Below, piece by piece: positions 9,211 to 19,613 of a DNA stretch of 39,311 bases (within the stretch, counting starts at the first letter, position 1; each line of letters opens with the position of its first letter). Under the pieces are notes generated by a model. The model saw nothing but the letters and a program-made list of their open reading frames with translations. It was not told the DNA's origin and did no database searches. The translations under genes were made by a program, and so were the position numbers. Origin of the DNA: Cyanobacteriota bacterium (GTDB taxonomy: Bacteria; Cyanobacteriota; Sericytochromatia; UBA7694; JACMQJ01); contig JBBTGK010000209.1 in assembly GCA_038060635.1 (NCBI GenBank), positions 1 through 39,311 on the forward strand, given 5' to 3'.

Positions 9211-10251
9211 TTAGTTATCAGCAAATTTATCTTTGCCATTTTCTACATCCCAATATCTAATTTTGTTTTCATCACCAGAACTTATTAAAGTTTTTCCATC
9301 AGGACTAAAAGCAATAGTAGAAACAGCACCTTCACTTCCTTTTAACTCATGAAAAAGTTTTTTAGTAGCTAAATTCCAAATTTTTATAGATTTAGCATAA
9401 TACCCACCACCGCTAGCTAAAAGAGTTTCATCTGGGCTAAAAGACATTGCAGACACTTCATTACCTGTAAAAGCTGATTTTTGAGACCAATTATTAGTAT
9501 TCCAAATTTTTATTTCTCTCCAACTACTTGTTGCAAGATAAGAACCATTTTTACTAAAAACTACATTATCAACACTATGAATATGTTTTTTTATATTTTT
9601 AACTAATGCACCTGTATAAAAATCCCAAATTCTTATTAATTTATCTTCTCCACCAGCAACAATATATTTATTATTAGGGCTTACAGTTACACTATAAACA
9701 CTTCCTTCACTACCTAATAAAGTTCTAATAAGTTTACCTGTAGAGGTTTCCCATATTTTTACTTTTTTATCTCCACCAGCACTTACTAGATATTTTGAAT
9801 CATTTGAAAAAGCAATTGAATTAACTGAAGCAAAATGAGCACTAATTGTTTTGATCTCTTTCATAAGCTGTAGAGACCATATTTTTATTTTATAGTCATT
9901 ACTAGCAGTTGCTAATATCTTTCCATCTTTTGAAACAGCCATAGCAACTATATGTCCATTATGACCTTTTAATTCTTTTTTTAAATAATGACCTTTTACA
10001 GGCTCCCAAAATTTTATAGTTTTATCGTCACTTGCACTTATTATAGTTTTGCCATCAGGTAAAAATGAAACCGCATTTATTGTACTTTTATGACCTGGTT
10101 CTTCAACATGACCTTCTTCTTTCTTTTTTTCACCATGAGCCTCACCTTTTTTCTCACCTTCTTTTTTTTCTTCTTTTTCAGAAGAATAAACATTAAATGA
10201 GGTAGAAAAGACCATAGATAAACTAAATATAAGAGTTAAAACTTTTTTCAT
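9211..10251 (-). CDS. Secreted WD40-repeat (7-bladed propeller) protein
   Basis: Signal-like N-terminus, charged linker and seven GH...D.TIKxW-type repeats. Confidence 0.93.
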   Translation of the reverse strand: MKKVLTLIFSLSMVFSTSFNVYSSEKEEKKEGEKKGEAHGEKKKEEGHVEEPGHKSTINAVSFLPDGKTIISASDDKTIKFWEPVKGHYLKKELKGHNGHIVAMAVSKDGKILATASNDYKIKIWSLQLMKEIKTISAHFASVNSIAFSNDSKYLVSAGGDKKVKIWETSTGKLIRTLLGSEGSVYSVTVSPNNKYIVAGGEDKLIRIWDFYTGALVKNIKKHIHSVDNVVFSKNGSYLATSSWREIKIWNTNNWSQKSAFTGNEVSAMSFSPDETLLASGGGYYAKSIKIWNLATKKLFHELKGSEGAVSTIAFSPDGKTLISSGDENKIRYWDVENGKDKFADN

Positions 10252-10309
10252 TTTTGAACCTTTTCAGATAAAAAATAGACCTTATAATTATAATACAAAA
10301 CTTAAGCAA

Positions 10310-11203
10310 TTAATCAATTATTACAGGAGCCATTATATATTTTACCAAAGCTTCTTTTAAAGATCTTTGATTATCTTTAGAAAGGCTCATTAATGGTGGG
10401 CGGACATCACTTCCTCCGATTCCTCTTAAAGAAGTAGCATATTTTAGAGCAGATATTCTAGGGTAACTTTTTAAAATAGAATATATTTCATTTACATAGT
10501 TTTGAGCAGCTTTTCCACCTTTTTTGGGTTGATGAAAATCAAAAGTAACAGATTTTATTACTTCAGGAAAAGCATTAAAAAGAGATGAAGCAAAAGTTGT
10601 TATTCCCATATTCAAACCTGAATAAAAAAGATGTTCATTAGAAAGAATAATATTAAGATCAGGATATTTCATTTTTAATTGAGTACTAAAAACAATATTG
10701 TCAGAAGCATCTTTTACTCCTGCTAATTTTCCAGTTTCCATCAATTTTTCTATAAGGATATCAGATATTTCAATAGAAAATTTTGGTATATGATATAAAT
10801 AAATAGGTAAATTTACAGCTTTTATAATTTTTTCATAATAATTTATTAACCCTTCAATTTGAACATCTCTGTAAAAATATGGTGGAACAACAATTATAGC
10901 ATCTGCCTTAACACCAGCAGCATATTTGGCAAGTTCAATAGTTTCTTCAAAATTATCTGAGCCAACTTGTGGAACAAAAAGAAGATTATTTTTAACTTCC
11001 GAAAGAGTTGCTAACATTTCCTGTTTTTCTGCCAAAGTTAAAGAGCAAAACTCACCATACGAGCTTAATGGAATTATTCCATTTGCACCGTTATCTGAAA
11101 CAAATGTAACCAAGTCAATTAATGCATCAAAATCAATCTTCAAAGAATCCTTTTTGAATGGAGTAACAATAGATGCAAATGAACCTTGTATTTTTTTTGC
11201 CAT
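10310..11203 (-). CDS. DHDPS/N-acetylneuraminate lyase family class I aldolase (divergent)
   Basis: SIVTPF, PPYF, YLYHIP, Schiff-base Lys in GVKDAS, VRPPL. Start MAKK at 11203 after AAAGGT. Confidence 0.88.
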   Translation of the reverse strand: MAKKIQGSFASIVTPFKKDSLKIDFDALIDLVTFVSDNGANGIIPLSSYGEFCSLTLAEKQEMLATLSEVKNNLLFVPQVGSDNFEETIELAKYAAGVKADAIIVVPPYFYRDVQIEGLINYYEKIIKAVNLPIYLYHIPKFSIEISDILIEKLMETGKLAGVKDASDNIVFSTQLKMKYPDLNIILSNEHLFYSGLNMGITTFASSLFNAFPEVIKSVTFDFHQPKKGGKAAQNYVNEIYSILKSYPRISALKYATSLRGIGGSDVRPPLMSLSKDNQRSLKEALVKYIMAPVIID

Positions 11204-11231
11204 AAAAGATACCTTTAAATTCACAATAAAT

Positions 11232-11276
11232 AAAAAAAGCAAAAATTACCTTATATATTCATTGTAACTTTTGCTT
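11232..11276 (-). terminator. Intrinsic terminator of the 11321..12346 gene
   Basis: Imperfect stem AAGCAAAAATTAC/GTAACTTTTGCTT followed by a T-run on the minus strand. Confidence 0.6.
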
Positions 11277-11320
11277 ATCAAAAAAGAAAGAGCTTAATTG
11301 TTTGTTTTAGCTAAAAATAA

Positions 11321-12346
11321 TTATTTACCAAAAGCTTGTTTTAATAATTCAAGAGATTCATTAGCACTTTTTTCTTCTGTAAGATCAAAAACAGATACAA
11401 TTTTGCCATTATGAGTTACATTTTTATTATCTAACATAGTATTTATTTCTTCATTAGAGAAAGTATCAGCTATTTTTTTACCGAAAGAAAAATCTTTATA
11501 TGATTTTTCTTCTGATTTATTAGCAAAATTACTATTATATCTTACAAGTTCAACTAATCCTTCTACAGGGCCAGCTGATAAATGAAATCCATTAAGACCT
11601 TGACTTACTTCAGGTACACCAAAATAAGTTCTATTTTTTAATAAATTACTTCTTAAACTTGCTGTATCAGCTGTTTCTGGATTTGTCGCACCAATAAATT
11701 TACCTCTTGCATCAGCCCATGAAAGATTTCCTGAAACTGTCATAACAACAATATTTCTTCCTTCTTGAGTAAAATGAGTTAATTGTCTAGGATGAAAACC
11801 ATTGATAAGATAAACAGTATCTGTATCAACTTTTACTTTTACAACATAAGTTCCACCAGCTAATTTTTTAGGAGCTTGATTTTGTAATAAAACATCTAAT
11901 GAATCTGCATTAAACATTGGATATTTTTCTAAAAATTGAACACCACCAAGAACATTTATTTTATCAAGTGAGTCAACTTCAGCAAAAACTTTTAAATTAT
12001 CTTTTGCTCCTTCAGACATATTTTCTAAAGGATTAGAAGCTAATTTATTAATAACACCATAATGTTGAGCAATTATATTATATTCTTTCATATAACCAGC
12101 ACCTAAAACTTTTATATCACTTACAGTAAGATCAAATTCATTTAATTTTTCAAATGCTAAGTCTAATATTTTTGCAAAATTTATAGTTTCAGATTTTAAA
12201 GTTACTTCTGGTTTAATAAAAAATATAAATTCATTTTCAAAATTACTTCTTTTTTCAGCAGTATAAATAGTTTTATATTCAAGCTTTCCTTCTTGTGAAA
12301 GTTTAACTGAATCATTTATTTCTGATTTTAATTTTTGAATATCCAT
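11321..12346 (-). CDS. Expanded nucleoside-diphosphate-kinase-like protein
   Basis: FFIKPE, AQHY, IGATNPETA..SLR and NGFHLSAG (catalytic His) spread over 341 aa. Confidence 0.7.
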   Translation of the reverse strand: MDIQKLKSEINDSVKLSQEGKLEYKTIYTAEKRSNFENEFIFFIKPEVTLKSETINFAKILDLAFEKLNEFDLTVSDIKVLGAGYMKEYNIIAQHYGVINKLASNPLENMSEGAKDNLKVFAEVDSLDKINVLGGVQFLEKYPMFNADSLDVLLQNQAPKKLAGGTYVVKVKVDTDTVYLINGFHPRQLTHFTQEGRNIVVMTVSGNLSWADARGKFIGATNPETADTASLRSNLLKNRTYFGVPEVSQGLNGFHLSAGPVEGLVELVRYNSNFANKSEEKSYKDFSFGKKIADTFSNEEINTMLDNKNVTHNGKIVSVFDLTEEKSANESLELLKQAFGK

Positions 12347-12565
12347 TTTTAAGACTCCTAATTTATTTTAAATTATTATTTTATTTTTGTATTTAGTATT
12401 TATATTGAAAAAAGTACATTTCAGACTATATTTAAGATTTGAAGTTTAATTGTAAATTATTTTATTTCTAATTTAATCTATAAAAATCTAATACAAACTA
12501 TCTTATAATATCACAATTATAAAATAAATGGAGGTTCTAATTATTAAATTTATCTATATTCAAGA

Positions 12566-13369
12566 TCACAATTTATTTTTTTCTGATTCAATAAAAAACT
12601 TTGTGGCAGATATAGCAGAACAAGGTATAAGTAATATTTGAAGTATTGGTATCCAAAAAAAGATAAGAAATTGTAAACTAAAAAAAAGATAAGAAACATA
12701 ATTTATTTTTATAAAAGATATTTTATCTGCCAAAGAATATTTTTTTCTTGTCATTATTAAATCTAAAAAATCTAAAGAAATAGTCATAGATAAAATAATT
12801 AAATAAATTATATTTCCAACTACAGGAATAAAATTTAGTGGAAATAAAATAATCAAAATAATTACCTTAAATATTAGTAATTTAATTCCTTCTTGTATTG
12901 AAAAAAATAAATTTGCTGAATTAGTATCTTTATTTGTTTTATTTAATAAAATCATTTCTGTTTTTTCTGAAATAATATCATTAAAAGGAATGCAAATAAT
13001 ACTAGATAATGGTAAAAATAAAAATAAAGAAACAAAAGATATTAATACTATTCCAAAAGCACCTAAAAGTGGTTTTATTAAAGAATAAAAGAATCCTAAG
13101 TTCTCTCTATCAGGAATAAATTCACTTAAACCATTAACAAATAGAGATATAATAAAAATATAAATTAAAATAAGCACAAAAGTAGATATTAAAATAGGAA
13201 ATAGGGATAATTTTATTAATGATTTATTTTTTAAAAGAATTGACAAGCCATCAAAAATATAGAACAAAGATTTAATAGGAGTAGTTCTTTTTATTTCATT
13301 ATTATTACATTCAGAACAAAGAGTATCATTTACACAATCTATTCCACAAACATTACATCTTTTTTTCAT
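12566..13369 (-). CDS. EI24/CysZ-like membrane protein with N-terminal CxxC..CxxC
   Basis: Multiple TM helices, IPFNDIISEKTE, FIPVVG. The likely ATG start is 13369. Confidence 0.75.
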   Translation of the reverse strand: MKKRCNVCGIDCVNDTLCSECNNNEIKRTTPIKSLFYIFDGLSILLKNKSLIKLSLFPILISTFVLILIYIFIISLFVNGLSEFIPDRENLGFFYSLIKPLLGAFGIVLISFVSLFLFLPLSSIICIPFNDIISEKTEMILLNKTNKDTNSANLFFSIQEGIKLLIFKVIILIILFPLNFIPVVGNIIYLIILSMTISLDFLDLIMTRKKYSLADKISFIKINYVSYLFFSLQFLIFFWIPILQILLIPCSAISATKFFIESEKNKL

Positions 13370-13376
13370 TTTAATT

Positions 13377-13982
13377 TTAAATAATTTTTTCAACTAATTT
13401 ATATACTCTTGAGCCAAATGAGATTGGCCATCTATCTTGTAAATTTACATCTAATTGTTTTGCTCTATTTATAGCATCTTTAATATTTGGCAAAAAATGA
13501 TTCAAATCAGGATTAGATTTATTATATGAACCTAGTAAATTTCTTAATTCTTTTTCACAATATCCTTTTGATTTTTCCAAATCATTTTTATTGTAATTAG
13601 TTAAATCTGAAATATGTAAAAGTAGCCAAATTTCAAAACAAGGATTACTAACAGCTAAATTAAAATTTTTTTGAACACATTTTTGAGCAATATCAAATAA
13701 TCTATGCCATCTATCTAAATCAATTAACATCCATAATTCATCATGACTATCTAATTTATATTCTTTTTTAAATTTATTTAATTCTTCTATAACATGATTA
13801 GGAGAAGAATTATGTGGATCTAATCTTTCTAAAATTTTTATATGTATTTTAGAATTTCTATAATGTTTAGACAAAGCATCTAAATATACTTTTTCAGTTT
13901 TAGAACCTTCTGTTGCAATAACATAAAGTTTAGAATCTCTGACATTTGTAAGTCTATTTAAAGGTCTTTTTTTTCTATCCAT
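13377..13982 (-). CDS. RloB-family (AbiLii-like) protein
   Basis: IATEGSKTEKVY, WMLIDLD (TOPRIM-like acidic residues), SNPCFEIWLLLH. Confidence 0.88.
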   Translation of the reverse strand: MDRKKRPLNRLTNVRDSKLYVIATEGSKTEKVYLDALSKHYRNSKIHIKILERLDPHNSSPNHVIEELNKFKKEYKLDSHDELWMLIDLDRWHRLFDIAQKCVQKNFNLAVSNPCFEIWLLLHISDLTNYNKNDLEKSKGYCEKELRNLLGSYNKSNPDLNHFLPNIKDAINRAKQLDVNLQDRWPISFGSRVYKLVEKII

Positions 13983-15336
13983 TTTTTACTAAATCTTCTA
14001 AATTATTTTCCATTAGTGGAATCGCACCAAATCTACCTGATAAATATCCTTTTCTTATATCTTTATCATATCTTGGATTATATTCTTCTAATGAATATAT
14101 GTTTGATTCACCATATTGATTTTTTTCAATAAACCAAATCTCATCTTTCCTTAAAATATCAAGATTAAGTAGAGTTGATTGATGTGTTGTAAATATAATC
14201 TGACTATTATTTTTATTTATTTTTGAAAAAACATCTAAAAATTTAGATATTAATAATGGGTGCAAACTCCTATCAAGTTCATCTATTATAAAAACTTGAT
14301 GTTGTAAACTTATTGAAATTAAAATAGGAATAATATCCATAAGTCTTTGTGTACCATCTGATTCTTCACTTAATTCAAATAAAATATCATTAGATAAATC
14401 TTTAGATTTATGTTTTGACATCAATTTAAACATAGTATTATTACCTTGTTTATCTTTTGAATAACCATAAGTATCATTGTTAATATTTAATATGCCTTTT
14501 GAACCATTTTCTAAGCCTAAAAATTTGTCTGAAAAATTAATTATTATATCAGAAGGTAAACTCGATATAATTTTATTTATATCTACTTCGATAGGTTCTA
14601 ATTGACTAATACCTGTATCAAATATATCTAAAAAATTTTGAATTACTTTTTGTATTTCATTATTTATTTTTAACGAATGAATAATAGAAAAATCTTTAGA
14701 ATCAGGAAAAACAAAACTTAGAACTTCATTAAACCACTCATAAACATTAATAAAATCTTGAACACTTTTTACATTACGTTCAATAGATTCAGTTAGAAAT
14801 AATTGGTTTTTTCTAGTTCCTTTTGCTACAAAATCAATAAATTGTTTTTCTTCTTTATTTTTAAAATTAATATTACCAAATTCAATATATATATCATTAT
14901 TTTCTAAAGTTTTTCTTTTAAAAATAAGTTTATCTTTAACTTTATCAATTTCATAAAGCCATTCAGAAATTATTTTACTACTATTGAGAGTAAAACCATA
15001 CGAATAAACTACATCTTTATATTTTATATCAAATTCAAATTTAGATGGTTTATTTAAAGAATTTTTATCTAGTTTAAAATTATTAATAGCTATTGGTTTA
15101 TTATGTTTTGTACCATCTATAATAAGATCTTTTGCAAAAAGCATGGCTTTTATAAGATTAGATTTACCTGAAGCATTTGCCCCATAAATAACACCATTTT
15201 TTAAAAGGTTAATATCATTTCTACCTTTAGCTTTTATAACATGCTCTTTTAAAGTTCTTCCTTTACCTGCAATCATAGAAAATTCTACTTCATCATTAAA
15301 AGACAAAAAATTCTCTGTAACAAACCTAATTAGCAT
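13975..15336 (-). CDS. AAA_21/RloA (AbiLi-like) ABC-type ATPase
   Basis: ENFLSF, Walker A GANASGKSN, ESDGTQR, IDELDRSLHP, FTTH, YLSGRFGAIP. Confidence 0.92.
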   Translation of the reverse strand: MLIRFVTENFLSFNDEVEFSMIAGKGRTLKEHVIKAKGRNDINLLKNGVIYGANASGKSNLIKAMLFAKDLIIDGTKHNKPIAINNFKLDKNSLNKPSKFEFDIKYKDVVYSYGFTLNSSKIISEWLYEIDKVKDKLIFKRKTLENNDIYIEFGNINFKNKEEKQFIDFVAKGTRKNQLFLTESIERNVKSVQDFINVYEWFNEVLSFVFPDSKDFSIIHSLKINNEIQKVIQNFLDIFDTGISQLEPIEVDINKIISSLPSDIIINFSDKFLGLENGSKGILNINNDTYGYSKDKQGNNTMFKLMSKHKSKDLSNDILFELSEESDGTQRLMDIIPILISISLQHQVFIIDELDRSLHPLLISKFLDVFSKINKNNSQIIFTTHQSTLLNLDILRKDEIWFIEKNQYGESNIYSLEEYNPRYDKDIRKGYLSGRFGAIPLMENNLEDLVKNG

Positions 15337-15426
15337 ATATTTATAATTTTTTATGTATTTTAAAGAGAAAAAATCTCTAATATTTCATAAGAAGAATATA
15401 TCAAAAAATACTATTTGTAAATAAAA

Positions 15427-18039
15427 TCAAGTAACAAAAGCCATAAGAAATTTTTTCTTAATTTCAGATTCTCCACCAGCTTGTTTTACCATTTCTTCCA
15501 TTTCATCAGGAGTTATGAGTTTTGATTTTGTTTTAATATCATTTTTAAAAAGTTGATTATCAATATCTTTAACAGCGTCAGAACCTTCAAAATATAGACT
15601 CATTTCTTTGTTATACATAATATTTTGTTTTGTACCATCATCATTTATTTTATGAAAAGGAGTATCTAAAGATCTTCCAACCATATTAGCAGAACCTATA
15701 ATTGCTCTTTCACCATCAGAAGATATTCCTTTGGTGTGAATATGTTTATTATAAGCACCAGTATCATCATAATAATAGAGGTTTATTTTACCAGCAGAAC
15801 CATTTTTTTGTTCTTTCAATAGTTGATAAGCTGAGTATAAGTTTGCATCATTAAAAATATGAGAAGAAAGACTATTTTTAGCAACAATTACATTTACATT
15901 AACTCCTCTTTTCATAGCTTCTTTTAATTTATCGTTTATTTTGGAATCTGTAAAAAAAGCTTGCTCTATATAAATATCTTTTTTAGAATCATCTATAAGC
16001 TTTAAAATACCTTTTGATATATCAGTTTGAAAATCATCTGTAACCAAAACACCAACTTTTGAATTTGTTTTAAAAGCACCTTTTTCTTGTAAAGATGCTA
16101 AATTTTGGGTTAAAAAGCTTTCTGATTTTAGCATAGTATCGAAATCTTTATCATTTGGTTTTTCTATATTATTAAATTCAAACCAATTTTCCAAAAACTC
16201 TTTTTGAACATTTCTTACTTCAGGGCCTGCTATTTTTACCATTATATCGTGGGCACTATCTTTTCCTAAATGAAAATCATTCATATTTATTCCACCAACA
16301 CTAGCAACAGAACCATCGGTAACAAAAACTTTTCTATGATCAGATCTTAATAAACCATCAGTAAAAAACTTATATTTCATATTTTTATCGATATTATCAA
16401 TTAATTCTTTTTTCTTATCTTCTGGTAATGAAGAGCTTTTAATTTCATCTTTTACTTTAGTAATATTTTTTTCTAACATTTTTTCAGTTTTTTCACCTTC
16501 TTCAATGTTACCTTGCCAACTATTAAAAATAACTTTTACATCAACACCTTTAGGTGCTAATTTATCTAATGATACTTTATTATCATCAGTTTCTAAACCT
16601 GCTGATTTTTTTATCATCATATAAGCAACTTTATTTCCTGACCAATCATCTTTTAATTCAAAAGTTTCAAGATTAATACTTTCTTTTGTATTTTGAATCA
16701 TTGTTGACATTTCATTAAAAAAGTTAGCACCACCTATTATTGGTTTAATTCCATTATTTGAAGTTTTTATTCTAAAATCTTCTTGAGGTTCTTTTATAGT
16801 TTCTAAAGTCATTCCTTCAGAATCACTAAAACTTAATGATAAATCTGTTTCTATAGAAACTTTATTTTTAACACCATCAAGAGAAGCATTTTTTATAGAA
16901 ACGGTATTTTTAGATTCAATATCTGGTTTTTTATCTTTATCTTGTTTTATAAATAAAGAAAAATTATTCTCTATTGTGCCAGATTTTAAATAATGTCCTA
17001 AAACTTCTTTACCTACTTTTATTTTTGATGTTTCAGATTCATCTAAATTTATTTCTAATTGACCATTTGAATACATTTGTCTTTGATTATTTTTATCTAT
17101 ACCAGCTTTTAGTTCTATTTTTGCAAAATCGGGTTTTTGATTATTATCATTACTAATATTTTGAGAACTACTTCCTTCAATAGAAACATCTTTCAGTTTT
17201 ATGTTTACATTACCACTATTATCTATACTAAATTTAGCTTTATTAGTTTCTGCTTTATCTATAACAAAAGATTTATTTTTTCCTATATTTATTTCCATAT
17301 TTTTTATTTCAGGAGAAAAAACAATTTCATTTTTATTTTTTGATACATTTATAGATAAACCTTTATATTTACCTGACAAATTTGAATTTATTTTATCTTT
17401 TATTGTACTTTCTAATTTTCCTATTATTAAAGAATCAAAAATCCAATTTTCTTCTAATTTGGCAGATAATTTTCCAGAACCATCTGTTTTAAATTTAACT
17501 TGAAAATTATCCCAAAAAGCAGGAATACCTGATTTAGTAATATTTTGTGTTACTTTTACATCTAAAGTATAAGAATTATCTTTTTTATCAAAATAAACAT
17601 CTTTTATTTCAGTAGTTCTTTTACCTTGTTGATTTTTATAACCTTTTAAAGAAGAAAAAGCTTTATTAAAAATATCGCCATTTATAGTTATATCGCCTTC
17701 TTTTATTGTTCCTACAATATCATTTTTTGAAAAATTATTAATACCATCTTTATCTTTTATATCTATTTTTAAATTTACTAAAACACTACTATTATCTTTA
17801 TTCAAAGTAAATTTACTTTCTTCTATTTTTCTATCAGTAATAAAAGAAATATTAGGCATAGTAGATTTTAATATTTTGGGGGATGAAAAAGAATCTTTAT
17901 TTGTTTCTTTGGTAATTTTTAATTCATCTTTAGATAAAGGAATATTTTTATCTTGTGAAACAGGTATTGGCTTGAAATTATTTACTTTATTTATATCTGC
18001 ATTTATATTGATGTTATTATTCAGGTTTATTTTACACAT
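15427..18039 (-). CDS. Large phospholipase D superfamily protein (two HKD motifs) with a long uncharacterised N-terminal region
   Basis: HRKVFVTD..GGIN and HTKGISSD..GSAN. Confidence 0.88.
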   Translation of the reverse strand: MCKINLNNNININADINKVNNFKPIPVSQDKNIPLSKDELKITKETNKDSFSSPKILKSTMPNISFITDRKIEESKFTLNKDNSSVLVNLKIDIKDKDGINNFSKNDIVGTIKEGDITINGDIFNKAFSSLKGYKNQQGKRTTEIKDVYFDKKDNSYTLDVKVTQNITKSGIPAFWDNFQVKFKTDGSGKLSAKLEENWIFDSLIIGKLESTIKDKINSNLSGKYKGLSINVSKNKNEIVFSPEIKNMEINIGKNKSFVIDKAETNKAKFSIDNSGNVNIKLKDVSIEGSSSQNISNDNNQKPDFAKIELKAGIDKNNQRQMYSNGQLEINLDESETSKIKVGKEVLGHYLKSGTIENNFSLFIKQDKDKKPDIESKNTVSIKNASLDGVKNKVSIETDLSLSFSDSEGMTLETIKEPQEDFRIKTSNNGIKPIIGGANFFNEMSTMIQNTKESINLETFELKDDWSGNKVAYMMIKKSAGLETDDNKVSLDKLAPKGVDVKVIFNSWQGNIEEGEKTEKMLEKNITKVKDEIKSSSLPEDKKKELIDNIDKNMKYKFFTDGLLRSDHRKVFVTDGSVASVGGINMNDFHLGKDSAHDIMVKIAGPEVRNVQKEFLENWFEFNNIEKPNDKDFDTMLKSESFLTQNLASLQEKGAFKTNSKVGVLVTDDFQTDISKGILKLIDDSKKDIYIEQAFFTDSKINDKLKEAMKRGVNVNVIVAKNSLSSHIFNDANLYSAYQLLKEQKNGSAGKINLYYYDDTGAYNKHIHTKGISSDGERAIIGSANMVGRSLDTPFHKINDDGTKQNIMYNKEMSLYFEGSDAVKDIDNQLFKNDIKTKSKLITPDEMEEMVKQAGGESEIKKKFLMAFVT

Positions 18040-18303
18040 AAAAAAATTTAATAAAATTATATATAAGTATTATAGTGTTTAAATCAAAAAATTGAAGTTT
18101 AATTTAATATTTTTTTTACTTTTATAATAAAATAAATGTTAAAATGAAATAAAGAATCTTATAAAAAACAAAATTGACCTGTTCTTTTATAAATAAAAAA
18201 TATTATGTATATGTAGAAATCTTTAACTTAAAAAAAGAAAAAAGTTTTAGTAACTTGGAATAAAAAATAAATATAGTTAAAATTCAATGAGGAATTTTAT
18301 TTA

Positions 18304-19464
18304 ATGGAAAATATAAAAAAACCTATCTATCTTGACTACCATTCTACAACTCCTGTTGACAAAAGAGTTGCTGAAAAAGTTATGCAATATATGATTAACG
18401 ATTTTGGTAATCCTGGAAGTGTTACACATGCTTATAGTGAAGATGCTACAAAAGCAATAAATGAAGCAAAAAATCAAATAAATGAGCTTATAAAATCACA
18501 TTCGAGCAAAATTATTTTTACATCTGGTGCTACTGAAAGTATAAACCTTTCTATAATAGGCACAGTAACAAAAGATAGTTCTAAAAAACATAAAATTGCA
18601 GTTTTACCTGTAGAACATAAAGCTGTTTTGGATACTTGTAAAACTCTTGAAAAAAAGAATTTAGTTGAAACTATTTTTCTTAAAGTTGATCAAAAAGGAA
18701 ATTTAGATTTAGAAAGTTTAGAAGATGCCTGTAAACAAGAACTTTCACTTGTATGTGTAATGATGGCAAATAATGAAATAGGAAATATTTATCCTATTAA
18801 AGAGATATGTGAAATTGCGAGTAAATATAATGTTCCTGTTTTATGTGATGCAACCCAAGGAACAGGTAAAGTAGATATAGATTTTAATGGTTGGAATATT
18901 TCTTATATGACAATTTCAGCACATAAAATGTATGGGCCAAAAGGAAGTGGAGCTTTAATATTAAAAAAAGGAACAAAACTTTCTCCAATGTTATGTGGTG
19001 GTGGACAACAAGAAGGAATGAGACCAGGAACACTTAATGTTTCAGGAATAGTTGGATTAGGTGAATGTTGTAAAATAGCTCATGAAGAAATGGAAGAAGA
19101 TAATAAAAAAATAAAAGCAAGAAGAGATCTTTTACTTAATAATTTAATGGAAAATTTTTCAGAAATAGTAATTAATGGAAATCCTGACTCAAAACTTTGT
19201 GGAAATATAAGTGTATCATTTCCTCAACTCAAAAATGATGAAATTATATCCTTAGTTAGAGATAAAATAGCAATATCAACTGGTTCAGCTTGTTCATCTG
19301 GTTTTGAAAATCCATCTCATGTTCTTAAAGCAATGGGGCTTTCTAATGAAATTATCTCTAGTACACTAAGAATATGTGTTGGAAAATATACAACCGATGA
19401 AGATATAGAAATTGCTTCTGAAGTTATAATATCAGCTATTAAAAAATTAAAAGAAGCAAAATAA
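18304..19464 (+). CDS. iscS: IscS/NifS-type cysteine desulfurase
   Basis: YLDYHSTTPVD, FTSGATES, SAHKMYGPKG (PLP Lys), STGSACSS (catalytic Cys). Confidence 0.9.
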   Translation: MENIKKPIYLDYHSTTPVDKRVAEKVMQYMINDFGNPGSVTHAYSEDATKAINEAKNQINELIKSHSSKIIFTSGATESINLSIIGTVTKDSSKKHKIAVLPVEHKAVLDTCKTLEKKNLVETIFLKVDQKGNLDLESLEDACKQELSLVCVMMANNEIGNIYPIKEICEIASKYNVPVLCDATQGTGKVDIDFNGWNISYMTISAHKMYGPKGSGALILKKGTKLSPMLCGGGQQEGMRPGTLNVSGIVGLGECCKIAHEEMEEDNKKIKARRDLLLNNLMENFSEIVINGNPDSKLCGNISVSFPQLKNDEIISLVRDKIAISTGSACSSGFENPSHVLKAMGLSNEIISSTLRICVGKYTTDEDIEIASEVIISAIKKLKEAK

Positions 19465-19551
19465 ATATTATATTAATTGTAAATTTATTAAATTGATATT
19501 AGATAATTTATAATTTTAAGATAATGAATTAATATCCAGTGAAATAATTAA

Positions 19552-19581
19552 TTGCAGGGATTTTATTCATCAAATCCTTTT
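19552..19581. repeat. REP-like palindrome copy 1 (TTGCAGGGATTTTATTCATCAAATCCTTT)
   Basis: Near-identical to 24617-24645. Lies between convergent genes. Confidence 0.5.
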
Positions 19582-19613
19582 AAGTTAAGAAAGTTTTTAA
19601 TTAATTTCTGATC

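Noticed and set aside
18304-19464. dndA of a phosphorothioation system
   Set aside because: No dndBCDE or ssp genes nearby; an ordinary IscS-like call is more parsimonious
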